Source: an uncultured bacterium
GTDB lineage: Bacteria > Verrucomicrobiota > Verrucomicrobiia > Verrucomicrobiales > DEV007
Direction: 5' to 3'
Length of the DNA stretch: 64,000 bases
Assembly: GCA_963977015.1 (NCBI GenBank)
Contig: CAXBMO010000004.1
Span: 389,061-453,060, forward strand
The notes under the pieces are model-generated. The model did no database searches, had not been told where the DNA came from, and saw only the letters and a list, made by a program, of their open reading frames with translations. The stretch's first letter is position 1. Every line of letters begins with the position of its first letter. The translations under genes were made by a program, and so were the position numbers. This document shows, piece after piece, positions 51,699 through 62,037 of the stretch.

Positions 51699-51995
51699 TT
51701 AGCCCAGGATTCCAAGAATGTCGCTCTCGTTCAAAATGAGATGCTCTTCTCCTCCAAGCTTGACTTCAGTGCCGCCATATTTGCTGATGAGCACTTTGTC
51801 ACCAGTCTTTACGGTGAAGGAAACGTCTTCTCCGTCATCGTTTTTGCCGATTCCCAGAGCTACAACTTGTGCCTCTTGAGGCTTTTCCTTGTGAGCATCT
51901 GGAATGATAATTCCGCCTTCGGAGGTCTTTTCGTCCTCTTCGAGACGCTTTACCAGGACGCGCTGGCCCAGGGGTTGGATCTTCATATTCGCCAA
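51699..51995 (-). CDS. groS: Co-chaperonin GroES
   Basis: [27 protein letters not shown]; start TTG 51995 or ATG 51986. Confidence 0.98.
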   Translation of the reverse strand: MANMKIQPLGQRVLVKRLEEDEKTSEGGIIIPDAHKEKPQEAQVVALGIGKNDDGEDVSFTVKTGDKVLISKYGGTEVKLGGEEHLILNESDILGILG

Positions 51996-52168
51996 TTTAG
52001 TTTGGTTTAGTTTTGTAGTTAGTTGGTTTGGTTGATTCCCGGTTACCCCGCCTTCCGGCCATAGCAGATGCTAAAAAGCGGAGGAATCCGGGAATCGGGC
52101 TAATCCCCGCCCACCCGCCAATGATCGCACGAAGCGAATTGAGCGAATGAGCGGGAAAATTGGTTTGG

Positions 52169-54109
52169 TTACTTGTCGTCTACCACTTCAAAATCAGCAT
52201 CAACGACATCGCCTTTTGCTTTCTTGGGTTCGCTCGCAGGCTCATCCCCGCCTCCATCTGCTTCTGCCTGTGCACCGGCCGCCATGTCTTCCGGATTAAA
52301 TCCAGCGGCTTGCGCTGCTGCCATGGCTTCGCCAAAGAGTTTCTCAACTTCCTCGGAAGCGGCCTTGATCTGGTCGTCGTCATTGGACTCCAGGGCTTTC
52401 TTCAGCTTATCAACGGCGTCGGTAAGAGGCTTCTTCTGCTCTTCGGAAACCTTGTCACCCAGTTCGCCAATCTGCTTCTCAATTTGATAAGCCATCGTCT
52501 CGGCCTGGTTGCGGGTCTCGGCAGACTCCTTGCGCTTCTTGTCCTCTTCGGCATGCGCCTCGGCGTCACGTTTTGCCTTCTCGATTTCCTCGTCTGAAAG
52601 TCCGCTGGAACCTTCGATGGAGATCTTCTGCTCTTTTCCAGTTTTCTTGTCTTGAGCGGTGACGTGAAGGATCCCGTTCGCGTCAATGTCGAAGGTTACC
52701 TCAATCTGTGGCAATCCACGTGGTGATGGCTCGATGCCATCGAGACGGAAGTTTCCGAGCAACTTGTTGTCGCGCGACATTTTGCGCTCACCCTGGGTGA
52801 TCACGATATCAACCGAAGGCTGATTGTCGGCTGCAGTGGAGAAGATGTTCGACTTCTTCGCAGGAATGGTCGTGTTGCGCTCGATCATCGGAGTCGCAAT
52901 TCCTCCCATCGTTTCGATGGAGAGCGAGAGCGGGGTCACGTCGAGCAGGAGGACGTCTTTCACATCACCCTGCAACACACCACCCTGGATGCCTGCGCCA
53001 ATCGCGACCACCTCGTCCGGATTCACACCTTTGTGAGGCGCCTTCCCGGCAAGCTCTTTCGCGATTTCCTGCACCTTGGGCATGCGGGTCATTCCACCAA
53101 CCAAAACCAACTCGTTGATCTCGCTGGACGAAAGGCCGGCTTCCTTGAGGCAGTCACGCACGGGCTGCATCGTCCGCTGGAAGAGATGGTCGGTCATTTG
53201 CTCCAGCTTGGAGCGACTGAGTTCCTTCTGGATGTGCTTGGGCCCGGTTTGGTCAGCCGTCACGAACGGAAGGTTGATTTCGTAGTTCTGGGATGAAGAG
53301 AGGGCGATTTTCGCTTTCTCGGCTTCTTCCTTGATCCGCTGAAGCGCGTCGGGCTGGCCGTGAAGATCAATTCCAGTGTCGGCTTTGAATTCTTCGACGA
53401 TCCAGTTGATGATCGCGTTGTCCCAGTCATCACCGCCAAGATGAGTGTCGCCGTCGGTGGCAAGCACTTCAAAGACGCCGTCCCCAATCTCGAGAACCGA
53501 AATATCAAAGGTTCCACCACCGAGGTCATAAACCGCGATGTTTTCATCCGCTTTGCGATCCAAACCATAGGCCAGGGAGGCGGCCGTCGGCTCGTTGATG
53601 ATGCGCTCCACCTTCAAACCGGCAATCTCACCAGCCGCTTTGGTCGCGTTCCGCTGGGAGTCGTTGAAATAAGCCGGGACCGTGATGACCGCGCGAGTGA
53701 TGGTTTCGCCAAGCTTGGCTTCGGCATCTGCTTTCAGCTTGCCGAGAACCATCGCGGAAATTTCCTGCGGGCTGTAGGTCTTCTTTTCACCGCCAACCTC
53801 GACTTGGATGTGGGCGTCTCCGTTTGCAGCCTCGACCAGCTTGTAGGGAAGCTTTTTGTCACCATCCGTAAGTTCGGAAAATTTGCGACCGATGAGGCGC
53901 TTGGCAGAGAAGATGGTGTTTTCAGGGTTCGTAACCGCCTGCCGTTTTGCGGCTTGGCCAACCAGACGTTCGCCAGATTTCGTAAACGCGACAACAGACG
54001 GGGTTGTGCGAGCACCTTCCGAGTTTTCAAGAACAGTTGGCTCTCCGGCTTCCATAACGGCCATGCAGGAGTTCGTTGTTCCAAGATCAATTCCAAGAAT
54101 TTTGCTCAT
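52169..54109 (-). CDS. dnaK: Chaperone DnaK
   Basis: [37 protein letters not shown] at 54109. Confidence 0.99.
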   Translation of the reverse strand: MSKILGIDLGTTNSCMAVMEAGEPTVLENSEGARTTPSVVAFTKSGERLVGQAAKRQAVTNPENTIFSAKRLIGRKFSELTDGDKKLPYKLVEAANGDAHIQVEVGGEKKTYSPQEISAMVLGKLKADAEAKLGETITRAVITVPAYFNDSQRNATKAAGEIAGLKVERIINEPTAASLAYGLDRKADENIAVYDLGGGTFDISVLEIGDGVFEVLATDGDTHLGGDDWDNAIINWIVEEFKADTGIDLHGQPDALQRIKEEAEKAKIALSSSQNYEINLPFVTADQTGPKHIQKELSRSKLEQMTDHLFQRTMQPVRDCLKEAGLSSSEINELVLVGGMTRMPKVQEIAKELAGKAPHKGVNPDEVVAIGAGIQGGVLQGDVKDVLLLDVTPLSLSIETMGGIATPMIERNTTIPAKKSNIFSTAADNQPSVDIVITQGERKMSRDNKLLGNFRLDGIEPSPRGLPQIEVTFDIDANGILHVTAQDKKTGKEQKISIEGSSGLSDEEIEKAKRDAEAHAEEDKKRKESAETRNQAETMAYQIEKQIGELGDKVSEEQKKPLTDAVDKLKKALESNDDDQIKAASEEVEKLFGEAMAAAQAAGFNPEDMAAGAQAEADGGGDEPASEPKKAKGDVVDADFEVVDDK

Positions 54110-54174
54110 AATGTAAAGTGGTTGAGATTTAGATGAGTCGTGTGTCTGAGGCGTCGGCTGACGATATTCAAAGA

Positions 54175-54189
54175 GCACTTCCTGTGCCA
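54175..54189 (-). promoter_or_regulatory. Candidate sigma54 promoter of dnaK-groES-groEL
   Basis: Minus strand TGGCACAGGAAGTGC: GG-N10-GC, about 65 nt before the dnaK ATG. Confidence 0.65.
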
Positions 54190-54331
54190 CCGGCCCAGAG
54201 AACCACGTAACTCACTCACCATGAGCCTCATAAGACTTTCGAGGCTCCAGTCCGATGGAGTTCGGTGCGCCTCCATGACACAAAACGCCCCCAGGTCGCG
54301 TCAAAATGGCGCAACAATATGGCGCACACGC

Positions 54332-54362
54332 AAAAAAAGGAGCCCCGCAATGGGACTCCTTT
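54332..54362 (-). terminator. Terminator after outer-membrane protein gene
   Basis: AAAAAAAGGAGCCCC-GCAAT-GGGACTCCTTT. Confidence 0.7.
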
Positions 54363-54408
54363 CAGAAAATCTGTGGTGAGAGGGAAGCCTCTCCTGGATT
54401 GAGAATCC

Positions 54409-55059
54409 TTAAAACGGGATTCGCATGCCGACCCGGCCAATCGCGTAGTCTTGCACGTTGTCTTCCGTCCAGGAATACATGGCATCGATAAACAGACCCG
54501 CACAGCTCCAGCTTCTGAAGCGAATGTCGAATCCGGCACCGAGGCGGTAGAGACCGACCGAGGAATCATCCGCATGAACACCTGCCCCCGCAAAAACGTA
54601 GGGAGCAAGGCACTTGTAGGTATTTGGCCAGCGCAAGACCAGATCAACGACCGAATTGTGGACTTCCTGCTGCGTTCCATACCACGCGCCACTGTATTCG
54701 AGCCCGACATTTTCGCTGAACCAGTAGCCAACGGTAATACCACCACCCGCAGCGTCATCGTAATTCGTTTCCACTTCGCCATCTGCACCTTCCGGGAACA
54801 AACCAGCCGCGAAAACTCCAAATTCCCAGCGTCCGCTGAAGCAGGGACAAGTTGGGTCATCAATGGGTGATTTTGGATCGATGGGATTCGTGGAATAATC
54901 TTCCAACGGAGGTTGCCCCTGCACCGGCTGCTCTGCAGGAGCCTGCTGCTCGGAAGTAGGAGCTTGGTAGCCCGCCGCAGGTACGCCGTACCAATACGGC
55001 CGGTCCTGTGCCGTTGCCGGCAAAATGGCGAGTGCGAGGAATGCGATCAGCTTGTTCAT
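54409..55059 (-). CDS. Outer membrane beta-barrel protein (OmpA/OmpW-like)
   Basis: Signal peptide, APYVFAGAG, alternating beta strands, terminal Phe. Confidence 0.75.
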   Translation of the reverse strand: MNKLIAFLALAILPATAQDRPYWYGVPAAGYQAPTSEQQAPAEQPVQGQPPLEDYSTNPIDPKSPIDDPTCPCFSGRWEFGVFAAGLFPEGADGEVETNYDDAAGGGITVGYWFSENVGLEYSGAWYGTQQEVHNSVVDLVLRWPNTYKCLAPYVFAGAGVHADDSSVGLYRLGAGFDIRFRSWSCAGLFIDAMYSWTEDNVQDYAIGRVGMRIPF

Positions 55060-55251
55060 GACAATGTTAGGGTCAACAGCGGCGACCTTAGGAAGCCACC
55101 TCCTAAAATTCAATGATTTTTTACGATAAACTTTAACTTACTGTTTAGCAGTCACGCGCTCTTTGTTTTCCGAGCCATTTCAGGTTCAAGTTGCGAATTT
55201 CTACTTTTAGGCAATCTTCTTCCTCCCCGCGCACTTTGCGCGGAACCCAAA

Positions 55252-55341
55252 GGACAGGTGTCTGAGTGGTTTAAGGAGCACGCTTGGAAAGCGTGTGTAG
55301 GGGCAACTCTACCGTGGGTTCGAATCCCACCCTGTCCGCCA
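55252..55341 (+). tRNA. tRNA-Ser(GGA)
   Basis: Acceptor stem GGACAGG/CCTGTCC, anticodon arm CACGC-TTGGAAA-GCGTG, long variable arm, GGTTCGAATCC, encoded CCA. Confidence 0.97.
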
Positions 55342-55445
55342 CCCCTTCATCCAACAAGAGTTCGGGAATCCCCGGTCCTCCCCCTTCCAATGCGCACATC
55401 CTCTTTTCCCGGCGCATCGTTCCAAACGGGAGTTCTAAACAAGGA

Positions 55446-56348
55446 ATGAAAAGGCTCACTTCAATCCTACTTTTCGCCCTCTTCCTGCAAGCATCGATTG
55501 CTCAGGAAGCGCTGCAAACCGAAGCAGGCTCTCCCCAGGTTTCCTACCGCAACGGAACGATTGCTGAAGGGACGGATTGGGAGACCCGGTTCTACATCAG
55601 CGACTCCGGGAAGCCCGGGCCGACCGTCCTGATCATTGGCGGGATGCATGGCAATGAACCCGCCGGCTCACGCGCCGCGGAACAGATTCTGCATTGGCCG
55701 ATCGTGAGCGGGAAACTGGTGGTGGTTCCTCGGGCAAACGTCCTCGCTCTGGCCGCGAACAAACGTCTCATTCCCGGGCAACCAAGGGGATCCGGTGATT
55801 TGAATCGCAATTTTCCTCAATCGCATACGAGCAGCGCCACCGAAGTATCGCCCCGTGGTCAACCGGCAGCCGCGCTTTGGGGATTTGCGACCAAAGTGCA
55901 GCCCGATTGGGTTCTCGATCTCCACGAGGGATACGAGTTTCATCGCTCTCACAAGCCACCGGATGGGAAGAAAAAATCCGTGGGCTCAAGTATCATCTAT
56001 CGCGGCGGCCCGGAACTGGATCCGCTCGCCAAACGCGTCGTCGCAGCGGCCGACGCGACGGTAACGGACCCGGCCAAACGCTTTTCACTGCTTCGCCGAG
56101 GTCCTGTCGATTCGGGACTGGCGCGAGCCTGCATCAACGTGATGGGTGCCGAAGCCGTCATCCTGGAGACGACCTTCAAGGATCAGCCGATGGCGTTGCG
56201 CACGCGACAACATCGAGCCATGGCCAACGTGATCTTGAATCACATCGGGTTGATCAATTCAGATTGCACCGACCACCAAGACCAAGACCTCAAGTCCGGG
56301 ATAGAGCCTATCATGCTCCAGCCCGAAATTACGCCACGATTTCCTTGA
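55446..56348 (+). CDS. Succinylglutamate desuccinylase/aspartoacylase (M14) family secreted protein
   Basis: Signal peptide; HGNEPAG, DLNRNFP, LDLHEG, ILET. Confidence 0.8.
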   Translation: MKRLTSILLFALFLQASIAQEALQTEAGSPQVSYRNGTIAEGTDWETRFYISDSGKPGPTVLIIGGMHGNEPAGSRAAEQILHWPIVSGKLVVVPRANVLALAANKRLIPGQPRGSGDLNRNFPQSHTSSATEVSPRGQPAAALWGFATKVQPDWVLDLHEGYEFHRSHKPPDGKKKSVGSSIIYRGGPELDPLAKRVVAAADATVTDPAKRFSLLRRGPVDSGLARACINVMGAEAVILETTFKDQPMALRTRQHRAMANVILNHIGLINSDCTDHQDQDLKSGIEPIMLQPEITPRFP

Positions 56349-57621
56349 GCAGGCCGGTGCTGTCGCCATGACGTTCGGCTTTCACCCCAACTCCATGCAA
56401 AAGCGTCAGCCAGGCGTTGCAAAGCGGCGTTTCATTCGGAACGACGATGTTCTCTCCGAGCTTGATTCCGGCACCGCCGCCAGCGAGGAGCGTGGGGGAA
56501 TTGGTGAGTTCATGCCCAGTGCGAATATTACTTCCGTAGACCAGAGCCACATTGTCGAACAAGCGGCTGCCATTCGCTTCCTTGGTTGACTTCAGTTTTT
56601 CGATCAGCCCCGCCAGCAATCCGCTGTTGGTCAGATCGCGCTTCTGCGAAGCCGCCAGTTTTTCTCCGCGGGTGGAGTGATAGTGACTCATGTCATGCGG
56701 ATGGACCTTGGCGCCGATGCTTTCCATGTATCCTTGTCCGCTAGGTTGCCGATACGTAATCACGCGCGTGCTGTCGGTTTGAAACGCCGCGACCAGCAGG
56801 TCATACATCAGGCGAACTTCCTCCTTACCCACCATTCCTCCGCGCGGCTCCGAAATGGGCGCATCGGGACGCGGAACGCCGATCCAGGTTTCTTCCTTGC
56901 TGAGACGCGTTTCGATATCGCGAATGCTCTGAAAGTATTCCTCCAGCTTTTCGTTGTCGTCCTTGCCAAGTCCGCGTTGCATCGATTTCGCGTTCCCCAT
57001 GACCGTGTCCAACACGCTGCGCTTCTCCGCGAGACGAACCTTCTGTTCCTCGATCGGAGTCTCATCATTCGAAAACAAGCGATGGTAAACTTGAACCGGA
57101 TCATCGAGACCCGCGACCGGCTTTCCGTTCCGGTCCCAGGCCATGGAAAGTCCTTCACCGTGACCGCTGTTGCTGTCCACCTTTCCGTGATTCAGTTGCA
57201 GCGAGGAAAACCGCGTGTGCATGCCGAGTTGTTCCGCCGCGACCTGGTCGGCGGAGATGGAGTTGTGCATGCTCTGGCCGGGTTGCCCGAACTTGTTCGC
57301 GCCGGACAACCACCAAGTGCTTCCCGCGTGCCCTTCGACCGAGAACTGGTTCCACATTCCCTGGACGATGGAAAAATCGGCTTTGTGGGCTTCGAGCGGT
57401 TTCAGCCCTGCGGGTAGTTCATAGTCTGGACCGGTGATGTTCCTGTCCGGAACACACGACTCATCAGTGACTCCCCAGCCGAAGCCGAGAAAGACCAGGC
57501 GTTTGGGCGGAGTTTTGGCTCCCGCAGATGCTGACGCAAAGCGGGTGAAACCCAACGATTCGAGGAAAGGCAGGGCGATCAGAGCCTTGCTGGATCTGAG
57601 GAAGTGGCGGCGGTTGGTCAT
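56329..57621 (-). CDS. DUF1552 domain-containing protein
   Basis: NRRHFLR Tat-like leader, ISADQVAA, FQTDSTRVITY, LAGGG. Confidence 0.9.
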   Translation of the reverse strand: MTNRRHFLRSSKALIALPFLESLGFTRFASASAGAKTPPKRLVFLGFGWGVTDESCVPDRNITGPDYELPAGLKPLEAHKADFSIVQGMWNQFSVEGHAGSTWWLSGANKFGQPGQSMHNSISADQVAAEQLGMHTRFSSLQLNHGKVDSNSGHGEGLSMAWDRNGKPVAGLDDPVQVYHRLFSNDETPIEEQKVRLAEKRSVLDTVMGNAKSMQRGLGKDDNEKLEEYFQSIRDIETRLSKEETWIGVPRPDAPISEPRGGMVGKEEVRLMYDLLVAAFQTDSTRVITYRQPSGQGYMESIGAKVHPHDMSHYHSTRGEKLAASQKRDLTNSGLLAGLIEKLKSTKEANGSRLFDNVALVYGSNIRTGHELTNSPTLLAGGGAGIKLGENIVVPNETPLCNAWLTLLHGVGVKAERHGDSTGLLKEIVA

Positions 57622-57656
57622 GTCAGTGTTAAGTACGATGGATGGCGTGAATTCGG

Positions 57657-60389
57657 CTAACGCGTATGAAATTCTTCGCTGCGGACGATGGCGTGAATGA
57701 ACTCACGAAAGGCGTAGTCCTGTTCTTTCGCTTCGGCGACAACGCCGTTGACGAGTTTCTCGTCGCGAAATCCAATTTGTCGGCCCAGCGCATACTCGAG
57801 CAAACCTTCGGCGATCCCGGTGGCGAAATCATCCTGCTTCAAAACGAGGATGTCTCGCAATTCAAAGTAGTCCTTGAAAGCCGGGCCGTTGTGAAGCTTG
57901 CCGGACGGATCGATCGTCCAGGTGGTTTCCTTGCCCGGCACGGGCTTCCCATTGTCGTCGGTCACAACGTAGGTGTTTTCCGTGCGCCAGCCGCCGACTG
58001 CATCGAAATTCTCCAGCCCCATGCCGATCGGATCAATGCGGCGGTGACAACTGGCGCATTGTGCTTCTTCCTGGTGCGCGCTGAGACGTTCCCGGGTGGT
58101 TAGGACTTTCCCTGACAAACGCGCCAATTGCGGAATGTTGGCCGGCGCGGGCGGAGGCGGATCATTGAGCAGTTTGCGCAGCACCCAGGCCCCGCGTTCG
58201 ACCGGACTGGTTTCGTCTCCGTTGCCGCCCATCAAACTGACGGCCGCCATGCCGAGCAGACCTCCGCGAGGAGAATCCGAGGGGAGCGTCACCTTCCGAA
58301 ACTCGTCCCCCACCACGCCCTGGATTCCATAGTATTCGGCGAGGGCGGCGTTGATGACGACAAAGTCGGAGCGCAACAGATTCCGAACGCTGAGATTCTC
58401 CCGAAGGAGGTAATCCACCGTTTCGTAAATTTCATCGCGAGCGGTCACTTTGGTGCCGTTGTCGAAACGGCGGTGCTTCAGCAACTCAACCTGGAAGAAA
58501 TCAAGGCGATCCAGCCCAAGCCACTGGTAGGTGTAGGAATCCGAGAACCGGCGCGAACGTGGATCATCCAACAGACGCGTGGTTTGTGCGGCCAGCACGT
58601 CCGGCTTTGAAAGCTCGCCTTGCAAAGCCAGCTCCCGCAGTTGCGAATCCGGTTGCGCCCCCCAGAGGAAGTAGGAAAGCCGCGTCGCCAATTCGATGTC
58701 GGTCAGGGGCCGCAGCTCCGGACTCGGTGATGGCTCGGTCAGGTAAAGAAACATGGGCGATGCCAGGATGATCGCGAGACTGTCCTTGGCCGCGCTGACA
58801 AAATGTTCATTCGCAGCAAGGCGGGATTGATAGTTACGGATCAAGCCATCAAGATAGGTCGAGTCGGGCTCCTGTCCCCGGAACGCTTCCATTGCAAAAC
58901 CTTCCAGCAATTCTCTAACGACCTCCACCGGAGGCGCGGGCTCTATCGATTTCTCATCCAGCGGAAACGATTCGAGCGCGGCCAGACCAGGCGGCGTTTC
59001 GCGATCCGAATCCGGAATCCGCTCCATCTCCAGCCAGTCAAGCCACATCGCGTATGGCCGGCCCATCCCGATCTCCATCTGCTTCGCTCCTTCATTTTTG
59101 AGCACGCGGGTTACCGTATAGTGATCGTGGGTTCCCTTCTCGCGAATGTAGAGCGTGCGATCGGCCCGCTCGGTGTCGGTATCACCAAAGTAGAAGGGAA
59201 TTTCGATCACTTGAGGGTTCTCCATCGTTCCGGTGACTTCGTGAACGCTCAGCGCCTGACTACCGCGTGGATTCACGCCAAATTCGAGGAAGCGTCGCTC
59301 TGGAGTTCCGTCACCGGTCAGGGCCGCGCGAACGCGAATTACATAATTCCCGGAAGGCCATTTGCCGCCTGTTTTGGCGCTCCAGCCAACCGCCCAGGTG
59401 ATGGCCCCATTTTCCAGAACCGACTGATGTTCCGTCGGGATCGCCAGATACATTCCTGTATCGATGTTCGGCTGCTCCAGGTAATATTGATGATAGGGCA
59501 GCCAGTAAGCGCGCCGGGCTGCATGAGCCTTGTCCGCGTTGTTTTCCACCGTTTCAAAACCAAAGGATTCCGGCGAAGGCGCCCCGGGAATTTGCGCCCA
59601 CAAACGCCGGAAGTTGTCTTCCTTGTTGTTCACCTGCTCGCGGAGTTTCGCCACGATCTCCGCGTTTTCCGGTTTGGCCGCGGCTGCTTCCACCGCAGCG
59701 ACCCAGCGCTCCGCCCGGTCCTTCGCGTCGACCTGCCACTCCACGTGTTTCGCGACTTTCTCCGAAATCTCCTCCAATTCGTAACGCCAGTAGCGCTCCT
59801 CGTCCGCCATCAACTCCCGCTCGAAGGCGATGTCGAGCGCATGCCTGCCGAGCGCGAGATATTGCTCGAACTGGTTCGCCGACATGAACAGGTTCGACCC
59901 GACCGTGTCGAAATTGCCGGATCCCGTGTCGGCTGGCAGCTCGCCAACCGGCATTTCCACACCGAGCAACTCGCGCAGCGTGTTCTGATACTCGCGCCGG
60001 TTCAAGCGCCGCAGCGTGCCGGTGCGTCCCTGATCGCTCAGTCGATCGCGCGCCGCGACCATCACGTTGGACAGATTGTCCAGGAATTCGGTTTTCGCGT
60101 CATTCGGCAAGGGATCCTCGTCTTCCGGCGGCATTTCGCCGGAGTTGAGCGCGTTGAGGATTTTCTGCCAGCGCTCGGCGGTTTCGACATCGCTGATTTC
60201 AAAGGGAAGGTCATCAAGCCGAACCCGACCCTTCTGCCTGTCCGCGTTGTGGCACCTCGTGCAGTGGTCTTTCAGCAAGGCGCGATGCTGTTCCGGCATC
60301 GTGGCGTTCGGCTCGCCGCTCCATGCGGGCGCGCAAAATCCGGCCAGCAAAGCAAGCCGCAGAAATCTGGAGAAAATGGGATTCATCAA
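57657..60389 (-). CDS. DUF1592/DUF1588-type (PSD) protein with planctomycete cytochrome c domain
   Basis: CTRCH, EMPP, RRLNRREYQNT, LATRLSYFLW, TSPVERG, CASCH..IDPIG..ENFD. Confidence 0.9.
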   Translation of the reverse strand: MMNPIFSRFLRLALLAGFCAPAWSGEPNATMPEQHRALLKDHCTRCHNADRQKGRVRLDDLPFEISDVETAERWQKILNALNSGEMPPEDEDPLPNDAKTEFLDNLSNVMVAARDRLSDQGRTGTLRRLNRREYQNTLRELLGVEMPVGELPADTGSGNFDTVGSNLFMSANQFEQYLALGRHALDIAFERELMADEERYWRYELEEISEKVAKHVEWQVDAKDRAERWVAAVEAAAAKPENAEIVAKLREQVNNKEDNFRRLWAQIPGAPSPESFGFETVENNADKAHAARRAYWLPYHQYYLEQPNIDTGMYLAIPTEHQSVLENGAITWAVGWSAKTGGKWPSGNYVIRVRAALTGDGTPERRFLEFGVNPRGSQALSVHEVTGTMENPQVIEIPFYFGDTDTERADRTLYIREKGTHDHYTVTRVLKNEGAKQMEIGMGRPYAMWLDWLEMERIPDSDRETPPGLAALESFPLDEKSIEPAPPVEVVRELLEGFAMEAFRGQEPDSTYLDGLIRNYQSRLAANEHFVSAAKDSLAIILASPMFLYLTEPSPSPELRPLTDIELATRLSYFLWGAQPDSQLRELALQGELSKPDVLAAQTTRLLDDPRSRRFSDSYTYQWLGLDRLDFFQVELLKHRRFDNGTKVTARDEIYETVDYLLRENLSVRNLLRSDFVVINAALAEYYGIQGVVGDEFRKVTLPSDSPRGGLLGMAAVSLMGGNGDETSPVERGAWVLRKLLNDPPPPAPANIPQLARLSGKVLTTRERLSAHQEEAQCASCHRRIDPIGMGLENFDAVGGWRTENTYVVTDDNGKPVPGKETTWTIDPSGKLHNGPAFKDYFELRDILVLKQDDFATGIAEGLLEYALGRQIGFRDEKLVNGVVAEAKEQDYAFREFIHAIVRSEEFHTR

Positions 60390-60407
60390 AAGCTCAGAAC
60401 TAGGATT

Positions 60408-61394
60408 TTAAAATTCAGAAGCGCGGCGACTCAGCACCACCCTCACGTCGTCGAGAAACTGCCCCGAAAACTCAACCGCAGGAGGTTCGCCGCTCGGTTG
60501 AATCGCGCGGCGGTCGCTGACATGAACAGCAACCACCAAATAGCGCGACTCCTGTGGCAGGCGCAATTCCAACTGGGCTCTTTCCCAGGTGCCTCCCCCG
60601 GGCGAAAGCGTGATCCAGCGCCGGGCCGTGGCCAGGCTCTCCTCGGTCAAATTGCCTTCGGGTTCCAGCAAGGCTTTCCACTCGGCTCTTCCCGATGGCA
60701 GCGTGCCCAGCGCATAAACGGCGATACCACACACAAACCGGTTCGGATCTTCGAACGGCACGGATCCAATAGCCGACTCCACCGAAACCACGGCGTCATC
60801 GTGCGCCAGGGTGGATTCGTAGGCGCGCAGATCGATCACCCGATAAACGTCGCCGATGTAGCCCACCGCGTTCTCTTTCCCCTCGTGATCCGCTCTCAAA
60901 ATTCGCAGCATCCGGCGACCGTGCTTCGGCGCAATCCCGCGGTATTCCGAGACCACTTCCGTATAGTCCCCACTCCAGACCTCCGGCTCCATCGGAATCC
61001 CGGTCACGCGCGGCGACGGCCCAAACTCGAAACTTTCGTGAAGCAAGGTGAGAATCTTCTGCCGGCCCGATTCCGAAGCGGCCCAGATCGCGGTGGTACC
61101 GAACACCCCGATCATCAATCCCGCCGCGGCGGCGAAAGCGGGCCGATGAAACAAGGCGGAGACCATCGAAAACGAGGTTCGCTCCCGACTCGCGGCGTTT
61201 TTTTCGACCGCCGGGGGCAAAATCGCCGGGATCTCGGCCAGATCGCGCAAGCCTTCCTCCAGCGTCGCCATGGCTCGAAACCGAACCCGCGCTTCGGGAT
61301 CGTTTTCGAGCAGCTGATTCAGCTTCTCCAATTCATCGGGCTCAATTCGCCCATCCAGAAAATTCCGGATTCGCTCCAGGTCGGTGTCCGTCAT
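60408..61394 (-). CDS. Putative anti-sigma factor (membrane-anchored)
   Basis: N-terminal FLDG..ELEKLNQLLENDPEAR, one TM; 4-nt overlap with ECF sigma gene. Confidence 0.7.
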   Translation of the reverse strand: MTDTDLERIRNFLDGRIEPDELEKLNQLLENDPEARVRFRAMATLEEGLRDLAEIPAILPPAVEKNAASRERTSFSMVSALFHRPAFAAAAGLMIGVFGTTAIWAASESGRQKILTLLHESFEFGPSPRVTGIPMEPEVWSGDYTEVVSEYRGIAPKHGRRMLRILRADHEGKENAVGYIGDVYRVIDLRAYESTLAHDDAVVSVESAIGSVPFEDPNRFVCGIAVYALGTLPSGRAEWKALLEPEGNLTEESLATARRWITLSPGGGTWERAQLELRLPQESRYLVVAVHVSDRRAIQPSGEPPAVEFSGQFLDDVRVVLSRRASEF

Positions 61395-61948
61395 GTTCGT
61401 TGCGGGGGAAATTCAGATTCATTGTTGAGAGCCTCTTCGACACACAACTCAAGGGTGCGACGGAGACGCCACAGTTGCTGATAAAGGGCATTGGCTTTCC
61501 GCCCCATCGTACTGGCCAACGTCTCAATGGTCGAGTCAGGCTGGTAAGCCGTCAGCACCAACTGGCGACTCTTCTCCGGAAGCTTCGCGAGGCATTGCTG
61601 CAGGTGATTCAGCCGTTTCTCGTTGAGCGAAGACTCTTCCAGCGATTCCTCCAGCAAGAGTTCAAAGACGTTTTCGTTCAGCACGAGACGATCGCGGGAA
61701 TGACGTCGTCGGAAATTCAAAATCTGATACCGGGCAATCACACAAGCCCACTTCGGGAACTCCTCGATATTCCGCAACTGATCAAACTTCTCCCATGCGA
61801 CCAGCGACACCTCCTGCATGATCTCATCCACATCCTGCGGGCGCGAAATCCCACTCCCACGGATGTAGGCGCGAACAATGCGCTCATATTTCGTCAGCGC
61901 GCGGACGAAGGGCTCATGAAAATCAGGATCTGAAGGGGTTTCAGCCAT
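61391..61948 (-). CDS. ECF sigma-70 factor
   Basis: DVDEIMQEVSLVAWEKF, FPKWACVIAR, CLAKLP, LYQQLWRLRRTL. Confidence 0.92.
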   Translation of the reverse strand: MAETPSDPDFHEPFVRALTKYERIVRAYIRGSGISRPQDVDEIMQEVSLVAWEKFDQLRNIEEFPKWACVIARYQILNFRRRHSRDRLVLNENVFELLLEESLEESSLNEKRLNHLQQCLAKLPEKSRQLVLTAYQPDSTIETLASTMGRKANALYQQLWRLRRTLELCVEEALNNESEFPPQRT

Positions 61949-62037
61949 GGAGTCACCAATGACAGCCGCCGGTGAAAATTTCTTATGAAATTTTTCAGAA
62001 TCATTTTTTCACCTCCCCTCGCATCTCTCATTCACCG

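Noticed and set aside
54110-54300. CIRCE element upstream of dnaK
   Set aside because: No TTAGCACTC-N9-GAGTGCTAA match seen
55284-55445. N-terminal extension of the M14 ORF
   Set aside because: Overlaps the tRNA; the signal peptide starts at ATG 55446
58803-61481. 892-aa plus-strand ORF
   Set aside because: Antisense shadow of the PSD, anti-sigma and sigma genes, typical of high-GC codon bias
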